A stretch of DNA of 63,997 nucleotides, filler included, from Lenisia limosa (lineage: Eukaryota; Protista; Breviatea), in NCBI GenBank assembly GCA_001655205.1. It is 14 parts of 14 records of this genome, joined end to end, with 100 filler letters (N's around TTAATTAATTAA, not from the genome) between each part and the next. Parts side by side here need not be neighbours in the genome. Positions count along the whole stretch, not along the records: positions 16,255 to 29,662 come from LPNZ01004391.1; positions 29,763 to 32,306 come from LPNZ01003730.1; positions 32,407 to 34,510 come from LPNZ01010123.1; positions 34,611 to 40,156 come from LPNZ01008963.1; 10 more parts are not named here. The stretch is one strand, 5' to 3'. Positions 23,767-36,301 of the stretch are shown in pieces (position 1 is the stretch's first letter; each line of letters begins with the position of its first letter). Position numbers and translations under genes: made by a program. The notes beneath the pieces are model-generated. The model saw only the letters and a program-made list of their open reading frames with translations. It was not told the DNA's origin and made no database searches.

Positions 23767-26490
23767 ATGAAAAAAGTCATTTCTCTCGCGGAGTCTCGCA
23801 CCTCCCTCCCAACAAGTGGGTGCGCCTCACTTTCATGGGTAGAGCAGGATAGAAATGATTATTTTCTGGTTCTCAAGGAGACATTGATTCTTTAGCCGAA
23901 GTACACATTGTGAGGATCATGCCAAAGCTTTGTAGTCGTGTTGTGACAGTGGGGTGGATTGGTGTTTTCAATTTTTTTTACCAAAGAGACCTTTTTAATA
24001 TTATCAACAGATCATATCAAGTGTGTTCCCTTTCGACGAACTTGCACATCTGAAACGTGTTCGTCGGGTAGCCACACCAGAAGGCTGGACGTCTCCCTGG
24101 GACTCTACACCCTCAGTGGCGGAGGTTGTTGAAGAGCCTTTTGTTGTCCAGATTGGAAGTGATGACGAATTGAAATCACCGGCTCCGAAGAAAGCTCGGA
24201 AGTCCGTCAAGAACTCCAACAAAGACGGATGTTGGTTGGAGGTTGTCATCGGCATTGTCGGCGGCAAGCTTCCATCTGATTGCCAGGATCTTGTTGACCT
24301 CATTAACTCAGAGGTGGGACTTGATCTCTTGTATTGAGTTTTAAAATAACAGAGTAATTTGTGTATTGCATAATTGGTCATTGTTTTCGTCTGAGCAGTT
24401 ATTTTTTTTACCATATTCATTGTAGTGTTCTATATTCTTCATTCTTTAAAGTAACTTAATAAACTCCTCTCTGTTAATCTTTTAGGGTGGTTCCTTTGCA
24501 ACGGCTTTTGTCCCTTTGGTGAGTGCAGCGCATAAACGAAGAATATGCATATTGAAGACAAAAGATATATAATAGTATATATCATGTAATCCCACATTTG
24601 TTCACAGTTATTGATATTTTTCAGGAGGCGCCACTGACTTCGGAACAAAATCGGTTCGCTTCCTCCCTCTGGCCAGTCGGAGGCCATACCAAAAGGTCTG
24701 TCGCCCATCCCTCCTTTTCTATACTCCAAGTTGTCCCTGTGTTTTTTTTTTTGCAGAATATAAATAGCTTTTTGAGCTCACATTGATTTTGTTTGTATTC
24801 AGCTAAAGACCCAACTAAGGTGTTCCTGCTCGTATTGCTATTTATTACTCATTGGAAGGCTTTGACCAAATAATTTGCCTTGTTTATTTCTCATTTCTTT
24901 ATGTATATTCCCCCGATTGCTACATCTTATCTATTACCCTTCCTCGAAAACCTCACCACCTGCTCGAATTGACTACAAGCTTGATCATTTCAGATGCAAT
25001 ATTCATAATATTTATTTGTGTTTTCTATCATCATCTCAGCTACGACCCCACATACTTTTCGTTCAGCGACGATGAGTGGGTATACCTCGAGAGAGGCATG
25101 CGCCTTGCTCTTGATGAGGCTAAAGCGGCTGGCCAGAATGGATGGGTGGGTTGGTAACAGGCAAAATAACAAATCTACACAGTTTTCTTATTATATCATA
25201 TTATATTTATGTACTGCAGTTGTCACCAATAGCATTTGGTTAATTTGATCTTTCATGAGAAAGGTCAACCATTCTTCTCAATCCAACATCTAATTTCATA
25301 GGAACGTGTCGGCTCAGTCGTAATGGACCCCTCAACCGGTGCCGTCCGTGGTCAGAGCTATAGCAACAGTCTCATGCTGCCAGCATTCCGCATGAACCAC
25401 CCCCTGCATCATTCTGTGATGCGAACTATCACATCAGTATCCCGCGCGGACTTAGCTGTTGCGTTGTCATCATCAAGCCCTTCACCTTCGGAAGGCTCCC
25501 CGCCTCCTCCTCGTGGGTGGATTCAAGGCACTGTAAAAGCGGAATATNNNNNNNNNNNNNNNNNNNNNNNNNNNNNNNNNNNNNNNNNNNNNNNNNNNNN
25601 NNNNNNNNNNNNNNNNNNNNNNNNNNNNNNNNNNNNNNNNNNNNNNNNNNNNNNNNNNNNNNNNNNNNNNNNNNNNNNNNNNNNNNNNNNNNNNNNNNNN
25701 NNNNNNNNNNNNNNNNNNNNNNNNNNNNNNNNNNNNNNNNNNTAAGTCAGCATGTTACTTGTCAATGTTTTAGTTACAACAAAACTACCTTTTTGTTATT
25801 GCTCAGACACGTCTCCCAACAATCCATCACCCTGTGATTGTACATTATTTGAGGTAAAGGAGTGAGGTTATAATGTACACCATATTGCATATACTAGTAT
25901 ATTAAATAATTTCTTATACTTGTTGATTGCTCTCCCGTTTCATTCTACATTTTATTCACTTTCTCAATGAGTATACTGACTTGAAGGAGCACTATCAACC
26001 CATCTAGGCATCCAGTCCCGCGAGCTCGGAATCTTATCTTCTCAACAAATTGGATCTGTTTACCACACGAGAACCGTGCGTCATGTTGGGGGGGGGGGGT
26101 GCAATAGTGCTTCGACTGAATTTCCCGATAAATCCTCGAAAACGATCGATATTTTATCGGTCTTTTTCGAAGTGAAGCACTAGGTATAAATCAAAATCTT
26201 TGGCTAACTTGTGCTATAATGCAGTCAGCAAGCATCTCACCGCACCTTAGGTGTTCAATGGCCCTTGTTCATTCACGTGTCAATCGAGTGTTCTTTGCTC
26301 TGCCAAGGAAGAGCTTTGGAGGGTATGTGTTGGCACTGCTGTCCAGTTCATATGGATGAACTCCCAACTTAACTCTTTAAGATTGGCCCAGTCTCCTCGG
26401 GTGCACACCTTGAAAGCCATTAATCATCGATACGAAGCCTTTCAGGGGCTTTTATCGCATGAAGTGCGGGACTTTGTTGAGTCTCACTAG
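23767..26490 (+). CDS. ADAT3: tRNA adenosine-34 deaminase non-catalytic subunit ADAT3/Tad3
   Basis: LAHLKRVR, APLTSEQ...SLWPV, GSVVMDP, NHPLHHSVMRTI (Val at the catalytic Glu position, as in Tad3), YLLNKLDLFTTREPCVM|CSMALVHSRVNRVFF...GG, INHRYEAF. Confidence 0.92.
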
Positions 26491-26759
26491 TTTGGTGCCA
26501 TGAGATGATTGCTGTTATTTTCTTTATGTACAAATATGGTTTCTTTCTTTCTCGAATGGATGTATTTTTTTTTGTTTCTTTCCACCAAATTTCTTCATTT
26601 TGGATGAGTATGATAAGACAACTGCTAAACAATATCGGAGCTGGGAGGAGTGGGGCGGTGCTGGCATGGTGCCTGCCAGGAAGGAAGATCATGGTTAATC
26701 GTAATAAATCCTTTTATTTTTGAATATTTTTACAGTAGACTCAGTAGAAGATTTGTGTG

Positions 26760-29640
26760 ATGGTGATGGGTCTCTTTGCACTTGCTCTGCTGCTCCTCAG
26801 CTCCCTCGTGGCTGCAGATATTCCTGCCCAATGCCTTCACAGCGGTAATCCCTAAATACCCATCTTGGCACCTCTCTCTGGAACATTCTGACCATAACTC
26901 ATCTCTAAGATATCCCTGGAGAGTGGCATATCAAGCTTGTCACTGATGAGATTGAAGACTGCTCTTCTATTAACTTCGATGACTATCCCCATTACTCTGT
27001 CAACCTCACTTTCTCTGTGAGTTTGTCTTGTGTTCAACAGAGATAGGATGCGAAGAAGAGATGGATGTATTGAGTGAAAACTCAACCTCTAATTATTTTG
27101 TTTATATCAACGTTTGCACTGTATATCACTGTACATTGTAAAGTGGCAGGAGAGTGGCCAGTCCTCGTCAACGTGGTCCATGCTGAGCGGACCAAATAAT
27201 TCCCTCCTTCACCATATGGGTCTTGTGATATTGGCGATGTTGTTCATGGATTAAGGAATAACACCTTTCACAAAGCAGGAGCCTAATGAAGTGATGTACG
27301 AAGGACAACACGCCGGCACCTGGACAATGGTATACAACCAGGTCAGTTGAGGCGGACTAAAACAGTTCTTTTTGTTCTTTTTCAGCCATGTCCTAATGAT
27401 GTTTTTCGGTGAATGGTTTATAATTTGAAGAGCAAAGGATTGGGTATTATTCTGGTACATACATAAGGTTGTATCTGGCCNNNNNNNNNNNNNNNNNNNN
27501 NNNNNNNNNNNNNNNNNNNNNNNNNNNNNNNNNNNNNNNNNNNNNNNNNNNNNNNNNNNNNNNNNNNNNNNNNNNNNNCAAGCATTTCTTTCTAAGCGCC
27601 TAAGGGTATCATTCATTGACTATCAAAATAAGCTGCTCATTTGCTATTCAAAGTATCTGTTTAACCTTCTAGGGCTTCGACTTCCGTATGGAATATGAAA
27701 GAAGAAGCACCCATTTCTTCACCTTCTCCAAATATGAAACCCATCCCAAGGGTAGGTCTGGGCTGGCTTGGGTTTTTTTTTTTGTTTTTGTGTTTTTGTC
27801 ATCTGGATTTAGTTTTAGCATTGGTGCTCATTTTTGTTATTGGTTGTTTTTCGTTTTTTGTTTGTTTGGAGTTTCATATTATTCGGTTCGTGATTAGTAC
27901 CTTTACGCCAATATTCTTCATNNNNNNNNNNNNNNNNNNNNNNNNNNNNNNNNNNNNNNNNNNNNNNNNNNNNNNNNNNNNNNNNNNNNNNNNNNTTGCT
28001 CCTCCCCCCTGACCATCAGACCGCACTGTTACTTCCTACTGCGGAGAAACCACGCCCACAAAGTACTGTGAAGAAGGTGTCTGCGGCTGTTATATCGGTT
28101 CGTGGTTATCTTGAGTGCGGTGCATGTTGACATATTCACTCTCCTATGCCCCCACTATCCGTCATGCTTGTGTTCCATTTTTGAATAGATAATTCCATCC
28201 ACACTTTTCAGCCACAAAGAACACTCCGGTGGAGCCCCGAGTTGATCCGATTGACCCTCCTGGTCCGAAGATGGCTACTGCTGCTGCCCGTCTCAGTCAG
28301 ATCAAGGAGGGTGCCAAATGGGGTGGGCAGTTTTTTAGATTGCTCTCTTTTGACTCATGATTCTGTAAGATTAGAACCGAAAAAGCCCTTGTCCTCTCAA
28401 CATTCACCTTAGTCCAAATAATGATGCGAATGACAGGTCAAAAATCCCATTTTCTCCGAAATAATAGAATCCTACTCTCTTCCGCTCAATTTCCAGCGGT
28501 CTCCGATGTTCCAACTGCGCCTCTCAATGCCATCAAGAACTCTTTCATCCGTAACACACCGAAGGCGGTTGCCAATACTGGTAGGATCTGAGGCCCTATG
28601 ATGTGTTGATAACTGTTGTAGCCTCGCTACTTTTTTTGTGTAATCCTATTTCATTTTATTTTATTATTAGTATTAGTATTATTAATCACCGTATAATGAA
28701 GATGGTGTAACCTTCAGACGCTGCGGAATACGTCAGTCTTCCCAAGTCTTTTGACTGGAGAAACGTCAGTGGAGTGGACTATGTTCAACTTTCCCCGCTC
28801 AACCAGCACCCTTGTGGATGTACGCCCTAGTCGTTTCTTACTCTGATTTTGAATCCTAACGTTTTTACTCTTTAGCCTGCTACATCTTCGCTTCAACTGG
28901 AGCTCTTGGTGGGTGGTGGGAAGGTGTTCTCTTGGAATTATTGAATAATTTATACATAATATATCATATATGTATATATATGATATAATCATATCGATAT
29001 ATTATATTAATAGATAATATTATACACTGTGCTTCATAATTCACTCCAAAAGAGGCTAGAACTCGCATTCATGGTGGTTTTGAGCATGATGATATGTACG
29101 TATCTCGCCAGCAGCTGGTGGACTGTTCCCCTTACTCTCAGGTTTGTTTTAATGTAACTAGGGCTTCCTTACGGTTCCAAAAAAGTCTGAATTTCTCGAT
29201 TGATATTTGACCAGTCTTGTAGGGAAGCCCTATAACCCCGTGTTTGGTATGACATGCGATTAACCATATGTAGGGATGCGACGGAGGATTTCCCTTCCTC
29301 ATGGGCAAGTACTTCAAGGACTTCAGTGTTGTGGACCAATCCAGCTACCCTTATGCCCATCATGAGCAAACCTGCAAGAAAATCAGTAACCCCATCTTCA
29401 CCCGCACTCTCTCTGAGTACAGGTTTGTCCCAGTTGCTCTATTGACCAGGCTTAGTGATAAAGATTGTATCTTTTTCAAACCATTTGCCATTCAACTAGG
29501 CAGTGTTTGACTTACATACTTTTGCTTCAGTTTCCCTCCTTCACCTTGGCAGCTATGTTGGAGGTTACTATGGAGCCTGTTCCGAGGAGAAAATGAGGAT
29601 GGAGTTGGTTAAGAACGGACCAATGCCAGTTTCTTTTGAG
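26760..29640 (+). CDS. CTSC: Cathepsin C (dipeptidyl peptidase I), 3' truncated
   Basis: Signal peptide then [10 protein letters not shown]|DIPGEW; exclusion domain GTWTMVYNQ|GFDF...HFFTFSKY...VTSYCGET; [12 protein letters not shown]; catalytic QHPCG|SCYIFAS; DCSPYSQ|GCDGGFP; [29 protein letters not shown]. Exons are colinear. Confidence 0.96.
27770..28019 (+). repeat. Intron-resident repeat family C (representative copy, fills most of a cathepsin C intron)
   Basis: Sense consensus ...TTTTTGTTTGTTTGGAGTTTCAGATTATTCGGTTCGTGATTAGT.CCTTTACGCCAATATTCTTCATAGAAATTTCCTTCGTTTTAC(C-rich)...AG. Copies near 9286, 9963, 11044, 13845, 43716 and 48427. Confidence 0.85.
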
Positions 29641-30272
29641 GTTTGCCTCCCCCCCCCCCCCCNNNNNNNNNNNNNNNNNNNNNNNNNNNNNNNNNNNNNN
29701 NNNNNNTTAATTAATTAANNNNNNNNNNNNNNNNNNNNNNNNNNNNNNNNNNNNNNNNNNNNTCGAACCAAAGTGAAGCCCCAGGTATGGGGAAATATTA
29801 TGGTGAATTACAAATTCAAATTGCCTCGCAAATATATAGAAGTAGACCATCGGTGAAATCTTAGTATTGTTGTTTTATTGCACACAAATACTCTCATTTC
29901 CTTCTATATGGTACTATGGAAATCCAACCCACTTACCTCTAATTGTGAACATGACGATGTTGCTTCTATGTGCAAGAGCATCCTAATAGGTGAGGTACGG
30001 AATAATAAGTGTATAGTATGAATAAATTAGAAATACTAAACGGTTTTATCTGGTCGAATAGTTTGTAGTAATATAGTATGAATACATGACAAATCAAAAA
30101 GAGGCCGAGACAAGTCAAACTATTGTAATTTTTTATGGTATCCCTATGTATATTTGTTTCCCTAGACTGTATTTCACACAGCGATTAACGTGGGGAAGGG
30201 ACATCACTTGGACTCCACTTCGGTTCGAAAAAAGACAGGTAAAATATATTTTTTTCGAGAATTTGTTCAGAA

Positions 30273-32066
30273 TTAAACTCTTTTTTCGAACCGAGGTGCT
30301 GCACACACCACACATATCCCACCAGGTTGACAATGGTGTGTACGTGTCTCAAGGAAAAAGCACTGGATGGGGTCACTCGCTTGAAGACGTGAATATCCTA
30401 GAGCGTCAGCATGTTCCATGAAATAGAGATCATTAAAGCAGGTTGGTAAACTAGAAATTCGGCTCGGATTCCCAGCCAGTCTGTGTATTTCACAAAATAA
30501 ATTCATCAAAATTATCATAAATCAGACTACACCCTGCTCATTACTGGCTCCTAAAAAAGCACATCTAAATGTCATTAACATTTGCTCAAAGTGTATCTAG
30601 CTGAAGTTGTCTACAACATCATGGATTATCATTCACATATACAGTAACAGGGATAAGTCTTGATCGATTTACTTGGGAAATACATAGCAAATCGGTCAAG
30701 ACTAATACCGTTCACTGTACACACACACACAAAACCCCTCCAACCCACAACCCAATAAACAAGGTGATGATAACATCAAAATAACTAACAATAATCTCCA
30801 CACATACAGAGATATATGATTCCTCACCACATACACAGGGCTTCCCTATGGCTGAAAAAGCGTTGAAATATCGATATTAATCGAGGATTCATCGAAAAAT
30901 TCGGTCTTTTTTGGGACTGAAGGGAAACCCTAACCATAACGCATATAAATACCACATACCACGAGATTGTCACTGAGTGCGCCAGCCACGGCAGGCGGCA
31001 GCGCCATTATAGCCAAATTGTTCTCCATATCGTATTCAATCGGAACGTAGGTCAAAGGCGTCCCGGGCTGAGGGGGGAGTGAAATTATGAAAAAAAAAAG
31101 CCCAAAATCAACTCTGGTGGCTGTTGTATCTGGCTGAAGCCGTTCACACCATCAAGCTTATAAGAGATATTGGATTATCAAGCATTTGCCTTACAACTCT
31201 GTGCACACAGCTTTCTGTGTGACTCCCTAGCTTCACTTCGGTTCAAAAAAAGACTGAATGCCTCGATAAATCCTCGAAAACTGTCGATATTTTGCCGAGT
31301 TTATTCGAACAAAATGAAGCCCTAAGAGGACAACAGCAAAAGACCACCCCTCACGCAATGCGCGTCAGTGTAGGAATGAACCTGGACAACCGCTGACACA
31401 GACGGAACCGGTCCAGAGCCCAGACTGAAAAATGGGAAGAAGATAAAAAGGGGGAGTATAATTGTAGGATTTATGAAACAAAAAAAGCCCAAAATCAACT
31501 CTGTTGACGACAACACACAAAGGGTTGATTACAACAAAACAAACAAAGNNNNNNNNNNNNNNNNNNNNNNNNNNNNNNNNNNNNNNNNNNNNNNNNNNNN
31601 NNNNNNNNNNNNNNNNNNNNNNNNNNNNNNNNNNNNNNNNNNNNNNNNNNNGTAACAAGCCACATGCCTAATATGGTAAATTTGTTACTGGTATTCCTAT
31701 GTATTTATTTGTTTTCCAGATTTTTAATCTACGTATATTATTTCTCTTGTTCAAAAAAAAGTTCTTTTCCTGCCTAATATGGAAATCATCATTTTTAATA
31801 ATAATAACAAAGTTAAATAAAATATACCCTCACCATTGAAATACTTCTTTCCCCCCTCCCCTAACCTTGATGCTTGCAATTTTTACCTTTCCCCCATGAG
31901 GAAATATCCCTCGTTTTACCTTTTGTTTACCCCCCTCAACAGAGTGTTTTTTTGGGCTTATTTCTTGGTTCATAAATTTTCCAATTTACCCCCCCCCCCC
32001 GTCACTCTGATACTTGCCATTTGACCCGGATTTGAAGCCGATAACCTGCCCTGAGATGCCGATAAT
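30273..32066 (-). CDS. Internal exons of a hypothetical protein
   Basis: IIGISGQVIGFKSGSNGKYQ|SLGSGPVPSVSAVVQVHSYTDAHC|PGTPLTYVPIEYDMENNLAIMALPPAVAGAL, with GT-AG bounds and consistent phases. No family recognised. Confidence 0.5.
30642..30717. mobile_element. Tc1/mariner-like MITE (TA-CAGT...ACTG-TA)
   Basis: TIR cagtaacagggataagtcttgatcga / tcggtcaagactaataccgttcactg, with TA on both sides. Confidence 0.8.
30838..30930. mobile_element. MITE family A copy (GGGCTTCCCT subfamily)
   Basis: gggcttccctatggctg...gggactgaagggaaaccc-ta with the family core. Confidence 0.8.
31123..31210 (+). repeat. Dispersed ~90-100 bp repeat family F (SINE-like or non-autonomous, class unresolved)
   Basis: gttgtatctggccgaagccgtccacaccatca...ttataagagatattgga...cacccaatcatttgccttacaactctgtg. 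Copies or fragments near 3668, 5212, 6265, 18885, 27465, 32515, 45223, 48030 and, reversed, 54085. Confidence 0.85.
31230..31322. mobile_element. MITE family A copy
   Basis: ta-gcttcacttcggttc...gaacaaaatgaagccc-ta. Confidence 0.85.
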
Positions 32067-33152
32067 CTGAAGGTGGTAAGAGGGGTTGAGGAATAATGGA
32101 GGGGGGATAACTTTATGAAACAAAAAAAAGACCAAATCAACTCTGACTGGGGGAATGGGGGGTACCATTGGAAAATTTATGAAACAAAATAAAACCCAAA
32201 TCAACTCTAATGACTGACAACACACGAGGGTTGATAACAACAACAAACAAAGCCCAGGCCGATACACACACACACACACACACACACACCAATAATAGCA
32301 CCCGCCNNNNNNNNNNNNNNNNNNNNNNNNNNNNNNNNNNNNNNNNNNNNTTAATTAATTAANNNNNNNNNNNNNNNNNNNNNNNNNNNNNNNNNNNNNN
32401 NNNNNNGGGGTGATTGATGCCGAGTGTTGGGAGGATAACTGGGGGATTGGTCCATTTGTCACTGCCTTCTGAGCTGATATATGCAAATATATTATAGCAA
32501 TGAGAAATGAACAATAAGGTTGTATCTGGCCGAACGTCCACACCATCACACTTATAAGAGATCTTGGAAATAATATAATATTTATTCACCCAATCATTTG
32601 CCTACAACTCAAAAAAAAAACTAACACCTCAGGAGAGCCCGAACAAATAATTTGGCGAGAGATATTCCCGTCACATGACTCGGCATCGCTCTACCCGAAA
32701 GGTAATTTTCTTTTTCTTTCTTTTTTTCTCTCTTTTTTCTTTCTCTTGCTNNNNNNNNNNNNNNNNNNNNNNNNNNNNNNNNNNNNNNNNNNNNNNNNNN
32801 NNNNNNNNNNNNNNNNNNNNNNNNNNNNNNNGATTTTCTTTCCCTTTGCGATTTTCTTTCTTTCTCTCTCTCTCTCTCTTTTCTTTGTTTTTTTTTAAAG
32901 AGGAAGCTCTTATTAGGTGATTCTCTTGCTCACCATACCGCCATATTTGTCTAATTGTTGACTTAGTTAACTTTTGAAAACAGTATTGAAGGCTGAAGCT
33001 TCAGTGTTTCGGAAGGAGGTTCGGTCACACACAAGCGTTTTTAAACCCACTGCTTTCCAAATAGTATCACAGTTGCTTAATGATAAACAAAATGAAGCTA
33101 ACATTCCAACTTGACGCTGGACTCTCATTTGGCCTCATCTGGGTGCATACAG

Positions 33153-34264
33153 GCCCGACACCCTCTTGCGCAACGCCATTGGCTTTCCAGGCCGGCGGTG
33201 CTGGGTAGTTGGCGGAAGCGTCCAGGTTTGAAGATGTAGACTGAACAGATAGCCTATCACCGTTTTTAAATAAGACACAATGTTCTAAAACACAAAGGTA
33301 ATCCGTTCAGACATTATTCTCGGAATTGACCACATCCACTGGTTCCAAGCTTTATCAGCGTCCAAGCAGAGAATTGAATTGTAACCTAGTAACAATCATT
33401 TTTTTGGATACTACAAGACTAGCCTGTGAAAAAATAGCCCATTCTGCGTGCACGGTTATGTCACTTTCGGTTCCAACACCAGTAAACTATCGATATTTAT
33501 CAAGGATTTATCGACAATTCAGTGTTATTTAGAACCGAAAGTGAAGCTCAAGAAAAAATTCCTTACCTTCTTCTGGAGTTTGCCAACGAATCACAAAGAA
33601 ACGACGTAAACGGTTTTCTTTGCTGAAAACGCTTCAGTACACGCTGGTCCACGACACCCAAAACAACAGTTACCTTCCTGTAGGTGCCCCCCCCCCCTTT
33701 CTTTTTTTGAACCAGAGAAATAATAAGGAAACAAATAACATAGGGATACCATCAACATCTACTGCATCCGCTCCAATCATAGTTTTGTGTTCAGAAAGGT
33801 CTTGTTCGGAAGTTGTGCGGGGTATTATGCTTTGTTCTTCTCTTGTTTTCTCTCTTTTTCTTTCTCTCTCTCTCTTTTTCTTTGTTTTTGTTAAAGAGCT
33901 GACAGTTGGCATCGCTCAGTTCAAAAGGTGATTTCCTTTTTCTTTCTTCTTTTTCTTTTTGTCAAATCACCCTATTAGGGTTTCTTTTATTTTGATTCAT
34001 AAAANNNNNNNNNNNNNNNNNNNNNNNNNNNNNNNNNNNNNNNNNNNNNNNNNNNNNNNNNNNNNNNNNNNNNNNNNNNNNNNNNNNNNNNNNNNNNNNN
34101 GTGTATTGCTAGCCTACAGAATTAATTTTGGGCTGTTTTTTTATTATTCAAATTGTTCCATTTTGCCCACTCCCCCAGGAATTGCCAGTTTGGAGCTTTC
34201 CCGGGTGCGTAATGATCACAAAGGAATCGTAGCGGATAGACGAGTGATCACCGTGGTGGCTCAG
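33153..34264 (+). CDS. Internal exons of a hypothetical protein
   Basis: PDTLLRNAIGFPGRRCWVVGGSVQ|YTLVHDTQNNSYLP|...GIASLELSRVRNDHKGIVADRRVITVVAQ, with GT-AG bounds. Confidence 0.4.
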
Positions 34265-34775
34265 GTGGGTGGGAGAATAGCGGAGCTTTATCATTTTATC
34301 TGGGATTTATTGGATTCTCTATCATTGTTTTGAGAACCTCCACCTTAATACAATAAAATGCGGGGATCTTTATTACTGTGTCATTTTATTAAATTAAGCC
34401 ATGGTGGCTCAGTGAAAAAGTCGAAATAATAATTAAAATACTATGTATATCATATACTATGATATCTACTTATCTGACTGCTATAGGCCCAATGGACCGT
34501 TTTGACCCTTNNNNNNNNNNNNNNNNNNNNNNNNNNNNNNNNNNNNNNNNNNNNTTAATTAATTAANNNNNNNNNNNNNNNNNNNNNNNNNNNNNNNNNN
34601 NNNNNNNNNNAAAAATATACATAAAAGGGGACTTCCAATCATTAAAAAGCAAAGAATAATAATTTTTTTTTATAGGGTTTTATAGGGTTTAGCCGGTCCT
34701 GCATATATCGGGGCGGTGTAACTAATATGTAGCTTTGAAATATTGTTCATTACATTTACTATGTTGTAGGTAAAT

Positions 34776-35056
34776 ATGGCTCTTACCAAACATCAAACCC
34801 CAGAAATTGTTTAACAAAAACCGTCAATATTTGCAAATGTTTTCAGGAGGTCAATAATGTACATCAAAAAAATTAAAGAAGACATTGAAATCTACCAAGA
34901 ATTCCCCTCACTCCCCGTCACCTTTACCGCTGGAAAGTTCACCATCCACTCACTCCGTCACACTCGTGCTACCGTCCTTCGCAACGAAAAGAAGAGATCG
35001 CCTTAAGCAGTGATGGATGGGGCTCTCTTCAACAAGCCAAGAAATACATGCACTAA
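34776..35056 (+). pseudogene. Degenerate tyrosine recombinase (integrase family) C-terminal fragment
   Basis: KFTIHSLRHTRATVL (H-x-x-R box, His at 34947). After a -1 frameshift it continues EEIALSSDGWGSLQQAKKYMH* (GW, then Tyr nucleophile position). One in-frame TAA lies at 34812. Confidence 0.72.
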
Positions 35057-35329
35057 CGAGGTGTTTAATGTTATGTACTTATTATTCTCTTCATTTGATA
35101 CAATGCTTTCCCCAAGGGACAAACCGTAATTAATTTGGGTTATTTTGGGGCTTTGGTCCTGATCTCAGAGAGATCAGCTTGAGTTGAAGAGGTCAGAGGA
35201 AACAACCTTCCCGGGGTAAAGCCTCCCCAAAACATTGTTCTGCATATCAGAATGTCTTTAGAGGACATGAGACTAAAGGGAAAGAAGGGAGGGGGAGGGG
35301 GAAGAAGAGCCGCCATCTCAGACTACACC

Positions 35330-35843
35330 ACCAATTCAACATAATTTAAGCATAATGTTTGAAGTCTCCAGTGCTTGGTTTCCGAAGAAGTAAGTCTTTC
35401 TTAAGCTGTCTTGATGTCTTCCAATATGTTCAATTGTTCAATTATTTTTCTGAAAGAGAACACTACCAAATATATGAGTTCAAAAGGGACTCTCTGTTCC
35501 CCGTTCTTTCATATATAAATAATTTTTAGAAGTTAATTACATAAATAACGAAGCATTTATGGCGGTATGGTGCAAAATTGAATTCTCTTTATTGTTTTAG
35601 AGACCACCCTTCTTCTTTTTTTTTTATCTCTCTCTGTTTTCTTCTTTTAATAGTTGTCAATCGCCTAACCTGTCCAAACAACACTTACTTTCAGTAAAAT
35701 ATAATTGAACATATTGGAAGACATCAAGACAGCTTGAGAAAGACTAAGGCGTTTACTTTCCTCGTTTTGTTCGGAAACTAAGCACTGGAGACTTCAAAGA
35801 CGCGCTGACCTCATCCATTATGCTTAAATTATGTTGAATTGGT
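35330..35843. mobile_element. 514-bp element with ~105-bp imperfect terminal inverted repeats (fold-back or MITE-like)
   Basis: The left arm accaattcaacataatttaagcataatg...tttgaagtctccagtgctt...agctgtcttgatgtcttccaatatgttcaatt (35330-35435) is the reverse complement of 35703-35843, apart from small indels. Confidence 0.85.
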
Positions 35844-36301
35844 TATATTGGTGCTTAAGCGTACCTAATACGGAGTGCTTTCAACCCTCTCCACCAAATT
35901 TTCCTCATATTGGTGTTTTAATCTGACTAAATTGCTCATTTTTGAAATCTGAAGCGAATCCCTCAATCGTTTCACGTTTTGAAGCATGGGGAGGCATTAA
36001 AAAAGGGCTTTTTCCTCGGTCTATCTGCCGTTTTCAGCCTCTAATCTCACCCCCTGCTCTACATAATCTTGCTCCCATCATAATTTTTCATTAAAAACTG
36101 CCTTGGAGTGTCTTGTTTGAAAGTTGTGTGTGTTGGCCAAAATATTATGGCGGTAAGGTGATTGAAAATTGCGGGGGGAAAAGTGCCCTGGAGGTTGCGC
36201 GAGGTGAGAAGTATATGTGTTGCCTAGTTATCATCACTCACCAATATATTCCTTATAATATAAAAAATAGATTACACAGTGCCCCAATCTTTTATAACAA
36301 A

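Noticed and set aside
27668-27690. tagggcttcgacttcc as a MITE end
   Set aside because: It is the splice acceptor and start of a cathepsin C exon (GFDFRMEY...).
34671-34692. TTTAGGG-like telomeric repeats (tagggttt twice)
   Set aside because: Only two imperfect units, and not at the scaffold end.
35900-36030. Harbinger-like DDE motif (FN..H.SKR.TIE.F) on the minus strand
   Set aside because: It needs two frameshifts within about 10 codons to assemble, which is too weak to support.
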